Positions 1 through 9,800 of a DNA stretch of 64,000 nucleotides are shown piece by piece. This DNA is from Patescibacteria group bacterium (GTDB lineage: Bacteria; Patescibacteriota; Patescibacteriia; UBA9570): positions 5,946 to 69,945 of the forward strand of contig JBAYIY010000005.1 of the NCBI GenBank assembly GCA_041665365.1. The letters run 5' to 3'. Below the pieces are notes generated by a model. It was not told the origin of the DNA. It saw only the letters and a list, made by a program, of their open reading frames with translations, and did not search any database. A program made the position numbers and the translations under genes. The stretch's first letter is position 1. Each line of letters opens with the position of its first letter.

Positions 1-118
1 TGGAGAATCTCAAGGCACTGCAGTGCAAGCCGAGCTGGGTAGAATTGAACGCTGGATTAGTTATGCCGAAATGCTATAATGATGATCGCTTATCATTCAA
101 CTAACCCGTAAACAATCT

Positions 119-1021
119 ATGTCGAGTTTACCACAACCTCCAACCAAATCTTGGTACAAACGCTGGTGGATCTGGCTGTTAATAATTGTTGTCCTGCTCG
201 CTGTTGCCGGTGTAATTGTACAACAAGTGCGCAGCTCAATAAGCTCAAGCAGTACAACCGCTGAACAAACCGTTATAGCAGAGCGCCGTGACTTAGCTAA
301 AACTATCGTGACCACTGGCAAAATTGCCCCAGAACACAGTGAAGCGTTATCTTTTAGTTTTGGTGGTAGTATCAAAGAATTAAACGTTGCGGTTGGCGAT
401 GAAGTAAGTAAAGATGATGTTTTGGCTAAAACTTCAAACCAAAGTTTGAAAGCGCCGTTTGATGGTCGAGTTATTTCTGTCAGTACCTTTGTTGGCTCCA
501 CTGCTACGCCTGGTATTCCAGTGATGGAAATTGGTTATCGCACAAACTTTATTGATTTTATCGCTTCCGAATCGGAGGTATTTGATATCACTACTGGTCA
601 AACAGCTGAACTAACTATCCCTACTTACAACACTGGTTCAACGGTTTACCATGGTACTGTTGAAACGGTGAGTTCTAAAAAAGTCATGTTAAGTGCTACT
701 GAAAACGGTTATCTGGTTCGTATTCGTCCAACTGATCTACCGGACACTGTGAACAATCGAATTGATTTAACGGTTAATGTTAAAGTTCTGATTGCCGAAA
801 AAACAAATGTTTTGTCGGTCGAACGCGCGGCGATTCAATATGACAGCGTTGATCGACCGTTTGTTTGGACGCCAAATTCAGTGACGCCAACCGAACCGAT
901 CGTACAAAACATAGTTACTGATTTTGAAGGAGATGATTATATCGAAATTACATCTGGTATTAAAGCGGGTGATACTATTTTGCTCAATATTCCTAAAGCG
1001 TCGACCAATTCAATTTTCTAA
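119..1021 (+). CDS. efflux transporter periplasmic adaptor subunit (HlyD/MacA-type membrane fusion protein)
   Basis: 300 aa with an N-terminal TM helix (WWIWLLIIVVLLAVAGVIV) and a lipoyl-like hairpin segment (GKIAPEHSEALSFSFGGSIKELNVAVGDEVSKDDVLA). It sits directly upstream of, and abuts, the MacB-type ATPase and permease genes. Confidence 0.55.
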   Translation: MSSLPQPPTKSWYKRWWIWLLIIVVLLAVAGVIVQQVRSSISSSSTTAEQTVIAERRDLAKTIVTTGKIAPEHSEALSFSFGGSIKELNVAVGDEVSKDDVLAKTSNQSLKAPFDGRVISVSTFVGSTATPGIPVMEIGYRTNFIDFIASESEVFDITTGQTAELTIPTYNTGSTVYHGTVETVSSKKVMLSATENGYLVRIRPTDLPDTVNNRIDLTVNVKVLIAEKTNVLSVERAAIQYDSVDRPFVWTPNSVTPTEPIVQNIVTDFEGDDYIEITSGIKAGDTILLNIPKASTNSIF

Positions 1022-1701
1022 TGAAACCATCCGGCACGCCAGTTATTAAAGTGGTTAATTTGGTAAAAACTTACTGGAGTGGCAGTGTAGCCGTAGAGGC
1101 CTTACGCGGTATTGACTTGGAAGTACCAGAGGGTGATTTCTTAGCCTTAATGGGTCCATCTGGTTCGGGTAAATCTACTTTAATGAACGTACTGGCTTTC
1201 TTGGATGCTCCCACGAGCGGTGAATATTGGTTTGCGGGCACTAATATCACCTCGTTTGATGATAACTACCGCGCCGAATTACGTAATGCAGTGTTGGGAT
1301 TTGTGTTTCAACAATTTCATCTCCTGGCTCGTACCACCGCACTGGATAATGTCGCCCTTCCCCTACTCTATGCCGGTGTAAAAAAATCCAAGGCGCGTGA
1401 ACGCGCATACGCAATGTTAAAAAAAGTTGGTTTAGCCCATCGCATTTATCACCGCCCGAATGAACTATCCGGTGGTCAACAACAACGTGTTTCTATAGCT
1501 CGAGCTTTAGTTAATAATCCAACAGTGTTGTTTTGTGATGAACCAACCGGTAATTTAGATTCAAAGACATCTAACGAAATCATGGAATTAATTGGTACCT
1601 TACATAAAGAAGGTAAAACCATTGTCATGGTCACCCACGAAGAAGAAGTGGCTGCTTTTGCGGCTAGAAAGATTATTTTACGCGATGGTAAAATTATATA
1701 G
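1021..1701 (+). CDS. ABC transporter ATP-binding protein (MacB/LolD-type)
   Basis: Walker A GPSGSGKST, ABC signature LSGGQQQRVSIARAL, Walker B VLFCDEPTGNLD and an H-loop (VMVTHEEE). Confidence 0.9.
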   Translation: MKPSGTPVIKVVNLVKTYWSGSVAVEALRGIDLEVPEGDFLALMGPSGSGKSTLMNVLAFLDAPTSGEYWFAGTNITSFDDNYRAELRNAVLGFVFQQFHLLARTTALDNVALPLLYAGVKKSKARERAYAMLKKVGLAHRIYHRPNELSGGQQQRVSIARALVNNPTVLFCDEPTGNLDSKTSNEIMELIGTLHKEGKTIVMVTHEEEVAAFAARKIILRDGKII

Positions 1702-1704
1702 ACT

Positions 1705-2949
1705 ATGATGCTTATTACTCACGTTCAAACTGCACTACGCCAATTACTCTCCAACAAAGCCAAATCAGCTTTAACCATGTTGGGTATTATTATCGGAATC
1801 GGTTCAGTTATTTTAATTATGACCTTAGGTGAAATTGCCAAACAGTTTTTGTTGGGTCAGATTTCTCAATTTGGTACCAATGTGATAGAAGTTGCCTCCA
1901 CTGGTTCGTTCGGTCCTTTCAAAGAAGAAGAACCAATCACTTTTAGTTTGCAAGATGCCGAAGCCCTCGAGCGTTCCAGTTTATTATCTGATATGGAAGC
2001 GATCTCAGCGGCTTATACTTCAGCTGGTACCTTAGAATACGACAGTAAAAAATATCAGATCATGATTTGGGGAGACAAGCCAGCTGTATTTACCATAAAC
2101 AAACTGGATGTTTTAGCGGGTAGAACTTTCACTGATGCTGAAGTAAATCGTAGTGATCGAGTGATTGTATTATCGCAAAAATTTGCTGAAGATGTGTTTG
2201 ATACATCGGCTAATGCTATTGGTAAAACAGTAACGGTGTCGGGTCGCGCCTTTACGGTTTTAGGTGTCGTTAATGATCCCCCCATGAGTGGTGGACCTTT
2301 TGGCGGTAGCTATACATATTTTCCTATCACCACCACTTATGCATATTTAGCCCCAGCGGCCGATAATAATAAAGTGATTTTTTTAATGATTTCTACCAAA
2401 CCAGAAACTGACACTGAACTATTTAAAGATCGCCTCTCATTTGAACTAAAAAGAATTAAACATTTAGACGATGCCCAGATGGAAGGTATTAGCGTGGCCA
2501 GTCGTGAACAAATGCTCAGTATTTTTAACAATGTGTTGCTTGGTATCCAAATGTTTGTCGCCGCTATCGCAGGCATCTCACTGTTTGTTGGTGGTATTGG
2601 GATTATGAATATCATGTTAGTGACAGTTAAGGAACGCACCAAAGAAATTGGTTTACGTAAGGCCGTGGGTGCCAAAAATAGTTCAATACTGATTCAATTC
2701 TTAATTGAAGCGGCTGTGTTAACCACGGTGGGTGGTTTGATTGGTATTGGTAGTGCCTTAGGTTTAGCTAACCTGGCTGTATTTGTGGTTAATATTGTGC
2801 AACCCACTTGGGCTATTCATTTTGTACTGGTGCCATCAGCTATTATTTTAGCCTGTGCTGTATCTATGAGTACCGGATTCATTTTTGGCCTGTATCCAGC
2901 GATGAAAGCCGCTAAATTACACCCTATCGAGGCACTCAGGTATGAGTAA
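1705..2949 (+). CDS. ABC transporter permease, FtsX/MacB family
   Basis: 414 aa with an N-terminal TM helix, a large periplasmic domain and three C-terminal TM helices (FtsX-like). It follows the ABC ATPase. Confidence 0.8.
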   Translation: MMLITHVQTALRQLLSNKAKSALTMLGIIIGIGSVILIMTLGEIAKQFLLGQISQFGTNVIEVASTGSFGPFKEEEPITFSLQDAEALERSSLLSDMEAISAAYTSAGTLEYDSKKYQIMIWGDKPAVFTINKLDVLAGRTFTDAEVNRSDRVIVLSQKFAEDVFDTSANAIGKTVTVSGRAFTVLGVVNDPPMSGGPFGGSYTYFPITTTYAYLAPAADNNKVIFLMISTKPETDTELFKDRLSFELKRIKHLDDAQMEGISVASREQMLSIFNNVLLGIQMFVAAIAGISLFVGGIGIMNIMLVTVKERTKEIGLRKAVGAKNSSILIQFLIEAAVLTTVGGLIGIGSALGLANLAVFVVNIVQPTWAIHFVLVPSAIILACAVSMSTGFIFGLYPAMKAAKLHPIEALRYE

Positions 2950-3439
2950 AATATACACCAAAACAGGAGATAAAGGCACGTCGGGGTTGTTTGGGGGTGA
3001 ACGAGTAAAAAAAAATCATCCAAGATTAGAGGCGTATGGCACATTAGATGAATTAAACAGCCATGTGGGTTTAATTGTGGCTTTACTCCCCGCTCAGCAA
3101 ACTCAATTACAAACTATTCAAAAAACCATTCAAAATATTGCGTCACACCTGGCCCTCGCTCCCTTACCTCAATTGTCACCTGATTTAATTACTGATCTGG
3201 AAAAATCTATTGATAAAATGACATCTACTCTACCTGAACTGCACGAATTCATCCTACCGGGTGGAAATATCATTTCTAGCCAAATTCACATTGCCAGAAC
3301 AGTCTGTCGCCGGGCAGAAAGAAATATTATTACCTTGGCTGAAACAGACACAATTGATCCGTTAATTATTCAATATATAAATAGATTATCAGATTGGTTA
3401 TTTACCCTAGCCCGTTATGTCCAATACAATAGCCACTAA
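2942..3439 (+). CDS. ATP:cob(I)alamin adenosyltransferase, PduO-type
   Basis: N-terminus MSKIYTKTGDKGTSGLFGGERVKKNHPRLEAYGTLDELNSHVG matches the PduO/MMAB-type adenosyltransferase signature (TKTGDxGxT...R..K......EAxGxxDELNS). Confidence 0.7.
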   Translation: MSKIYTKTGDKGTSGLFGGERVKKNHPRLEAYGTLDELNSHVGLIVALLPAQQTQLQTIQKTIQNIASHLALAPLPQLSPDLITDLEKSIDKMTSTLPELHEFILPGGNIISSQIHIARTVCRRAERNIITLAETDTIDPLIIQYINRLSDWLFTLARYVQYNSH

Positions 3440-4412
3440 AACCAAAGTCCAACCACAACTCCAATTACAGACGACTGGTTTAGTGTTAGGTTTAGATGTG
3501 GGTGCTACAAAAACCACTGCAGCCATCGGTGATAGTAAACGAATTTATAGTCAGGGCGAAAATGGCCCGGGTAACATTCATGATAATACACCAAATGACA
3601 TTATAACTCATTTACGTTCTGCCACAGACCAAGCTGTTAAACAACTGCACCTCGCGCAACTTCCGCAATTTCGCGCGATCGTAGTGGGTATGGCCGGCAT
3701 CGATTCACCGCACGATCAATCGTTAGCGGAAAAATTAGTTATACAAGCTTTGAAAACCTGGTTGGCACCGCACTGCCAATTACAAGTCATGAATGATATT
3801 CATATCGTTAGAAGTAGTGGGAGCGATGATCCGTACGGTATGGCTTTAATTGCCGGTACTGGCTCGCATTGTTTTGGTATAAATCATAAAGGTGAATTGG
3901 CTCATGCTGGAGGTTTAGAATATATATTATCTGATGAAGGGAGTGCTTATGAAATGGGTCTCAAGGCCTTACGCGCCGCGATTCGTAGTGGTGATGGCCG
4001 AATTAAACCAACTGGCCTAGAAAAGGCTGTTCTTAAACATTTCAAAGTAGGTACAATCAGATCACTGGAACCGGTTGTTTATCATGGAACCGGTTTAAGA
4101 AAAACCGACATTGCGCAGTTAGCCAAACTAGTTGACGCTCAAGCTAAAAAAGGTGATTGGCGCGCTTTAGAAATTATTGACGAAACCATGGCTGAACTGG
4201 TTTTATTAGTCTCGGCTGTTGTGCAGCGTCTTAAACTGCAGGCTGTCCCATTTGATTTAGTTGTAGTCGGCGGTGTCTTTAATATCAGTGCGCTACCATT
4301 CTTAGATACATTCAAAAAGAAGATTAAACCAATCTGTCCACGAGCCGAAGTGATACAACCGAAATACCCACCGGTATATGGCGCTGTGCGTTTAGCGGCC
4401 GCTATGGTTTAA
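3417..4412 (+). CDS. BadF/BadG/BcrA/BcrD-type ATPase (N-acetylglucosamine kinase-like)
   Basis: ASKHA-fold motifs: an N-terminal phosphate-1 motif LGLDVGATKTTAAIGD and a later GTGS block (ALIAGTGSHCFG). Confidence 0.55.
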   Translation: MSNTIATKTKVQPQLQLQTTGLVLGLDVGATKTTAAIGDSKRIYSQGENGPGNIHDNTPNDIITHLRSATDQAVKQLHLAQLPQFRAIVVGMAGIDSPHDQSLAEKLVIQALKTWLAPHCQLQVMNDIHIVRSSGSDDPYGMALIAGTGSHCFGINHKGELAHAGGLEYILSDEGSAYEMGLKALRAAIRSGDGRIKPTGLEKAVLKHFKVGTIRSLEPVVYHGTGLRKTDIAQLAKLVDAQAKKGDWRALEIIDETMAELVLLVSAVVQRLKLQAVPFDLVVVGGVFNISALPFLDTFKKKIKPICPRAEVIQPKYPPVYGAVRLAAAMV

Positions 4413-4578
4413 CAATACAATAGTGGGTTTCGTCATTATGGTAAATGACACCACACTTATCACATTGATTCATTTCCACTAACGCCCTACCGTGTTGTTC
4501 GCAGGCATCAGCCTGACAATTACCTGGTTCACCGGCTTGCCCATGGCAAGACCCAGCACAGACATAAACTTGAGACAT
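4402..4578 (-). CDS. small Cys-rich protein (58 aa), putative metal-binding
   Basis: Not in the ORF track (below its length cut-off). ATG at 4576-4578 (minus) is preceded by GGAGGAAAGG at 7-nt spacing. Translation is MSQVYVCAGSCHGQAGEPGNCQADACEQHGRALVEMNQCDKCGVIYHNDETHYCIVKP (8 Cys, 4 His). It lies immediately downstream of queG on the same strand. Confidence 0.3.
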   Translation of the reverse strand: MSQVYVCAGSCHGQAGEPGNCQADACEQHGRALVEMNQCDKCGVIYHNDETHYCIVKP

Positions 4579-4645
4579 AACCTTTCCTCCAGGTTAATAA
4601 TAAATTTACTGGCGGTAGTATACAAGTCATGGTCATCTTGTGCAA

Positions 4646-5701
4646 CTATTTTTGTAATCTATTCAATCCCCATTCAGCATGTTCCCTAATTAAAGGATCA
4701 TTATCATGGACTAACCACTCTAAGGTTTTAATATGCCCTGTGTGACCAGAATTACCTAGAGCCACGGCCACATTGCGTAATAAACCGGATCGTTTCACAC
4801 GCATAATCGGCGTTCCTTTAAACCGTTCCAAAAAAGTTGCTTCAGTTAATTGAGCCAAGTCTGTTAAATATGGTGCCTGCCGCTCTAACGCTGCATCAAA
4901 CCAGTCATTCTGAGTCTGTTTAGCCTGCTCGGTTCCATTCCACGGACAGACTTCCTGGCAGATATCACAACCATAAATGTTATTTTTCAATAACGGCCTA
5001 AATTGTTCTGGAATACTAGTTTTACTTTCAATGGTTAAATAAGACAAACACCGTCTGGCATCTATGACTTTATTTTTTACAATGGCCTGAGTTGGACAAT
5101 TTGCCAAGCAAGTATGACAGGTTCGGCAACCACCAGTTTTTTTATAAATAACTGGTGCTAAATTCTTATTCACAATAATCTCACAAATAAATAAATATGA
5201 GCCATACAGCGAATTTATTAACATTGAGTTATTACCGATAAAACCCAGTCCAGCGCGTTCGGCTAAGTCTCGTTCTAAAATTGGCCCAGTATCAACATAA
5301 GCGCGTGCTGAGACTGTATCCCCTAATTGTTCTTCTAAATATTTAATTAACACTAATAATTTTTTCTTGATGACTTTATGGTAATCTTTACCCCAAGTAT
5401 ACCGCGCAAATATCCCGCGCCTCGGATCATTTTTGATCGCATCTGGCAGATCACTAGTTCGATACGTATAAACCAGTGTAATGACAGATTGACCAGTCGG
5501 CAAAATATTACGAATATCAGCCCGTTTCTCTTTTCGTTGATTAGTTTCTAACCAGTTCATGTCAGCTTGATAGCGATGATCTAACCATTCACTAAATTGT
5601 GGAAAAGTCTGCGCTGGTTCAGTCGGTATTATACCCACTCGTAGAAACCCCAAGTGAGTTTGAGCCCAGTGGACAAGTTGCGCACTAAAATCTGGTGTCA
5701 T
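4646..5701 (-). CDS. queG: epoxyqueuosine reductase
   Basis: Two 4Fe-4S ferredoxin motifs (CRTCHTCLANCP and CDICQEVCPWN) and a HEAT-like C-terminus. Overall layout is typical of QueG. Confidence 0.8.
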   Translation of the reverse strand: MTPDFSAQLVHWAQTHLGFLRVGIIPTEPAQTFPQFSEWLDHRYQADMNWLETNQRKEKRADIRNILPTGQSVITLVYTYRTSDLPDAIKNDPRRGIFARYTWGKDYHKVIKKKLLVLIKYLEEQLGDTVSARAYVDTGPILERDLAERAGLGFIGNNSMLINSLYGSYLFICEIIVNKNLAPVIYKKTGGCRTCHTCLANCPTQAIVKNKVIDARRCLSYLTIESKTSIPEQFRPLLKNNIYGCDICQEVCPWNGTEQAKQTQNDWFDAALERQAPYLTDLAQLTEATFLERFKGTPIMRVKRSGLLRNVAVALGNSGHTGHIKTLEWLVHDNDPLIREHAEWGLNRLQK

Positions 5702-5717
5702 GTGGTAAAATATATTT

Positions 5718-6476
5718 ATGAGAACCGATTGGAATAAAGTATCTATCTGGTATGGTAAACATCTGCAAAAACCAGATACTTACCAACATAGTTTAATTTT
5801 CCCCAAAACACTGCACTTATTACAACCACAACCAGATAAACATTACCTAGATATTGCCTGTGGTGAAGGGGCGTTGGCCGAGCATATCATAAAAACCAAA
5901 AATACTCACGTCACCGGGGTAGATCTTGCCCCAAATTTAATCGCTCAGGCTAACAAAAAACAGTTACGTAACTGCCACTTTATAGTAGGTGATGCCACTA
6001 ATTTTCCCAAACAAATTCTTGAACACCAGTTTGATGGCGCCACTTGTATTTTAGCTTTACAAAATATCGCAGATATCACACCGATTTTCAAAGCCACCGC
6101 TAAAGTTCTAAAACCAAACTCCCCTTTGATTATTGTCTTAAACCATCCTTGTTTTCGTCCACCGCAACAAAGCGGCTGGGGGTTTGATGAACCACGTAAA
6201 CTCCAGTATCGCCGGATTGATACGTATATGAGTAGTTATCATGTGAACTTGACGGCCCATCCCGGTAAAAAAACCACTGTGAGTACAGTATCATTTCATC
6301 GCCCGTTACAAGATTACATAAATGGTTTAGGAGTCGCTGGTTTTATGATTGATCGCCTCGAAGAATGGACCTCCAATCGTGCCAGTCAACCGGGTGGTCG
6401 TGCCAAAGCCGAAAATCGATCCCGCCAGGAGTTTCCGTTGTTTATGGCGATTAGAGCTTATGTCACCTCTTTCTGA
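5718..6476 (+). CDS. class I SAM-dependent methyltransferase
   Basis: Motif I LDIACGEGALAEH, an acidic post-I residue (VTGVDLAP) and motif II/III-like blocks. Confidence 0.7.
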   Translation: MRTDWNKVSIWYGKHLQKPDTYQHSLIFPKTLHLLQPQPDKHYLDIACGEGALAEHIIKTKNTHVTGVDLAPNLIAQANKKQLRNCHFIVGDATNFPKQILEHQFDGATCILALQNIADITPIFKATAKVLKPNSPLIIVLNHPCFRPPQQSGWGFDEPRKLQYRRIDTYMSSYHVNLTAHPGKKTTVSTVSFHRPLQDYINGLGVAGFMIDRLEEWTSNRASQPGGRAKAENRSRQEFPLFMAIRAYVTSF

Positions 6477-8089
6477 TAACAACCTTCACAGTAAACTAAT
6501 TCTTTACGCTCCGGTGAATAGGTAGTAGAAAATTCTGTGCTGCACCGCCCGTGATGACTGTGATCAATTTGGGTGCACATACACTGCCGTTGCCACAGTT
6601 GTCGCGGATTGCGTAGCTGAAAGCGTTGTCGACGCCGTTCATCTGGACACAACTGTGGAATTGGTAAACCCATACGCTGATAAAAATCCAATTCGGCCTG
6701 CACAGTGCGATATGGTTTACCAGTCACGGCGCAAACTAAGGTGTTACTGTTTGTTACACTAGAGCCCGCTGCACTCGTATTTTCCCGCCACAACCAACCA
6801 TGATTACGTGTTTGCTCAGACGTTAATGGGTACCACATTTGCGCCATCGATTCATTATAAGCAAACGGTGACATTGTGATTGGAAAGAATTCACCCCATT
6901 CGCCGGTTTGCTTCATATGGGTAATCAACTTTTGCTGTAACTGTTTATAATCGGTTTCTGAGTAGGGTTTATTAAGAATGCAAAATTTTTCTTGCTTTAA
7001 CCCAACACACCCAAACAAATCATGGCCTTTTTCAATTTCGATACTATACACACAGTTAGTCGCCGACCACGCACCTATGGAAAATTTACAGTTATATGAT
7101 TGATACCCCAAACTACTACCTTCATAAGCTAATTCTATATCGGTAGTATGACAAACATCCATTAAATCTTTCACATGAAAACCAGTATACACATAAGCAC
7201 ACTGATCGATACCAGTTACATCGTAACACTGATAAGCAGCATGCGAATTAAAAATAAAATCACCCGATACTTGCTCGCTGCTGGCTTGCTCTAATGGCCG
7301 ATGAATAGCCTTGATCTTTAGTTCCTCAAATTTTGTTAACAATTCAGTCAGTTTACCCTGTCTTAATTTCTCCATAATCAGGCCCTTCTCTTGTGTATAT
7401 GCCTCCGGTGAATAATGTTTATTATAAATATAATATTGTTTATTTCTTAAATTGGTAGAGAATAAACAATCGGTGCAACCACGACAATCGAACAAAAACA
7501 AGCTATCGGTACAATGCTTACAATTTTGCGCAAACCACAAACGATAACATTTTTCCACATCAACTACCTCATAACAATCTTCACTTTCAATGCAATTCAA
7601 AGTATCCACACAACTAATCGATTTTATGATCTGACTAGAATACAAACAATCTTCATCGTAATCTCCGGCAAAGACCAAATAACAATCTTTGCAATGTCCG
7701 GTCATATTAACATAATTGGAATTCTCATTAGCAATGACTGTTAAAGCCATCTTTGGAACGGCTTTGAAAAGTTTATTCCATTGCGTAAAAAATGGCTGCG
7801 CGAAATCAATCTCTTGACCATAATCTAAAGCAGTCCATTGATCTGATAACCAACAATCGGAACAATATATTGTATAGACTGTTTCAGCTGGATAAATTGA
7901 GATTATTGGTTTATGACAAAGATCACACGGCCGATTAAACATCGTATGCTCATTCCGCCACGCCAAGCGCCGCTGTTGCCGACAATCTGGACACAAGGTT
8001 GGTGCTGGTACAGAAATCTTCTGATAAAAAACCTGATCGGAAGCTGTGATTTGAAAAGTTTTACTGCACTGTTGACATTGTTTGGTCAT
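6458..8089 (-). CDS. Cys-rich double-zinc-ribbon family protein, paralog 1 (unknown function)
   Basis: 543 aa. N-terminal CQQC...CPDCR and CDLCHK...YCSDCW ribbons, a central run of NC..C dyads, the conserved block FGCVGLKQEKFCILNKPYSETDY...GEWGEFFP...SPFAYNE, and a C-terminal block RNPRQLWQRQCMCTQIDH...TTYSPERKELVYCEGCY. The third ribbon is degenerate (CAVTG...LCPDERR). Its start overlaps the paralog 2 stop in ATGA. Confidence 0.8.
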   Translation of the reverse strand: MTKQCQQCSKTFQITASDQVFYQKISVPAPTLCPDCRQQRRLAWRNEHTMFNRPCDLCHKPIISIYPAETVYTIYCSDCWLSDQWTALDYGQEIDFAQPFFTQWNKLFKAVPKMALTVIANENSNYVNMTGHCKDCYLVFAGDYDEDCLYSSQIIKSISCVDTLNCIESEDCYEVVDVEKCYRLWFAQNCKHCTDSLFLFDCRGCTDCLFSTNLRNKQYYIYNKHYSPEAYTQEKGLIMEKLRQGKLTELLTKFEELKIKAIHRPLEQASSEQVSGDFIFNSHAAYQCYDVTGIDQCAYVYTGFHVKDLMDVCHTTDIELAYEGSSLGYQSYNCKFSIGAWSATNCVYSIEIEKGHDLFGCVGLKQEKFCILNKPYSETDYKQLQQKLITHMKQTGEWGEFFPITMSPFAYNESMAQMWYPLTSEQTRNHGWLWRENTSAAGSSVTNSNTLVCAVTGKPYRTVQAELDFYQRMGLPIPQLCPDERRRQRFQLRNPRQLWQRQCMCTQIDHSHHGRCSTEFSTTYSPERKELVYCEGCYQKEVT

Positions 8090-9771
8090 ACTGCTTCTTT
8101 TTGATAACAGTCTTCACAATAGAGAATCTCCTTACGGTCTGGCGAATAGGTTGTTTCAAAGTTCACGGCACAACGGCCTGCATGTTTATGGTCAATTTGT
8201 GTGCACATGCATTGACGCTGCCAGAGCTGGCGAGGATTACGTAAAAATCGACGTTGCAGATGACGACAGTAAAAACAAATATTTGGTAGTGGAATAATAC
8301 GCGCACGGTAATACTCTAGTTCATGGGTGGTAATCTTGTAGTTTTTGCGGCAATTTTGGCAGGCTAGAATTGCAGTCAATATATCATCATTCACTTCCTT
8401 AATATCATCCGGTAAAATGGTCATTGTTTCTTGTCCAACTGTACTAGGTAATTGCTCTTGCCAATGATAGCCCTGAGCTTGTGCCATAGATTGAGTTAGT
8501 GGGAACCACCATTGAGCAGAGGTTTCATTGTAGCCAAATGGACTGATCACCGCAGGAAAGTATTGTCCATATTCACCACGGTCTTGCATGGCCGTTATTA
8601 ACTTAGTACGTAATTCATAATATTCACTCGCCGCATATGACCGATTTAAAATGCAAAATTCTTTTTGTCTTAATGACACAGACCCAAAACAGTTTTTACA
8701 GCCAGATGAGCTGATACAGTATTCCATGTTACTGCTACCATCAAACACTTGGTGACAAAACTTAATGTTATAACAGTTACCCCCGACAATGGTGCAGTCA
8801 TAGATCAATTCGGCATTTAAACCATACTGATAGTAGTCATAACTATCTTTTACGTGCATGGATAACTGCGAACAGAATTTACTGTTCTCCACTTCTCGGC
8901 AATCATAACTAGCCAAGACATTTTTGCTTTGATAAATGTTATTACCGGTGCAATCTTCCGTCTTGTTGCTTTGTTGATATTTGTAAAACCTCGTCACTTG
9001 ATATTGATGTATTTTTTCCAACCAATACTGAACTTGGCTGTGCGAACCAAAATTTATGGCTTCGAGACGATGATTATACTCAACCTCAGTGAGCTGCTTA
9101 TTCAACCAATAATATTTTTGGTTACGTAAACCAACCGATCCAAAGCAATCATGACAACCCACACAATCCTTAAGCATGAAACTGTCCGAACAATTCAAAC
9201 AATCTTGCGACCACTTGAGATTATACGAATCATGACAATCTATACAGTTATAGCAAAGCTCACAGTTGAAATTATTATAACCATCCATGGTATCTTTGGA
9301 TTGTTTTAGGCCGTAAGTGTATAGACAGTTTTCGTTGAGGTCAGCATGAAAGATTAAGTAACAATTTTTATTATCACCGGCATAATTTGTATAATCGCTA
9401 TTTTCATTGTTTCCACCAACATCAGTCGCTTGATGTGGAATACATTGATCAAGTGCTTGCAATTGCGGAAAAAAAGGTTTAGTTAAATCAATCTCACTGC
9501 CATAGTCTAATGGATCCCACTTATCACTCCACCAACAAGCACGACAATATGAAACATAAGGCGAATTTGGTTTATAAATGGTCAGAATTTTTTTGTGACA
9601 CAATTGACACTCTCCTGGATATAAAATCATTTCATTACACCATGTCAGGCGCCGCTGTTGTCGGCAATCTGGACACAAGGTTGGTGCTGGTACAACAATC
9701 TTCTGATAAAAAGCCTGATCGGAATCTGTGATTTGAAAAGTTTTACTGCACTGTTGACATTGTTTGGTCAT
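8086..9771 (-). CDS. Cys-rich double-zinc-ribbon family protein, paralog 2
   Basis: 561 aa. The first 44 residues are near-identical to paralog 1 (MTKQCQQCSKTFQIT.SDQ.FYQKI.VPAPTLCPDCRQQRRL). C-terminal CQNCRKNYKIT...CFYCRH plus RNPRQLWQRQCMCTQIDH...YCEDCY. Confidence 0.8.
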   Translation of the reverse strand: MTKQCQQCSKTFQITDSDQAFYQKIVVPAPTLCPDCRQQRRLTWCNEMILYPGECQLCHKKILTIYKPNSPYVSYCRACWWSDKWDPLDYGSEIDLTKPFFPQLQALDQCIPHQATDVGGNNENSDYTNYAGDNKNCYLIFHADLNENCLYTYGLKQSKDTMDGYNNFNCELCYNCIDCHDSYNLKWSQDCLNCSDSFMLKDCVGCHDCFGSVGLRNQKYYWLNKQLTEVEYNHRLEAINFGSHSQVQYWLEKIHQYQVTRFYKYQQSNKTEDCTGNNIYQSKNVLASYDCREVENSKFCSQLSMHVKDSYDYYQYGLNAELIYDCTIVGGNCYNIKFCHQVFDGSSNMEYCISSSGCKNCFGSVSLRQKEFCILNRSYAASEYYELRTKLITAMQDRGEYGQYFPAVISPFGYNETSAQWWFPLTQSMAQAQGYHWQEQLPSTVGQETMTILPDDIKEVNDDILTAILACQNCRKNYKITTHELEYYRARIIPLPNICFYCRHLQRRFLRNPRQLWQRQCMCTQIDHKHAGRCAVNFETTYSPDRKEILYCEDCYQKEAV

Positions 9772-9800
9772 ACTTCGATAAACTCAGTATAAATAAACTC

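Noticed and set aside
97-501. 134-aa minus-strand ORF at the window start
   Set aside because: It lies entirely antisense to the membrane-fusion-protein gene (119-1021), which forms an operon with the ABC ATPase and permease. No motifs.
4492-4689. 65-aa plus-strand ORF in the queG-downstream region
   Set aside because: It overlaps a better-supported minus-strand small ORF with a strong SD (4402-4578) and the queG 3' end. Hydrophobic, low-complexity translation.
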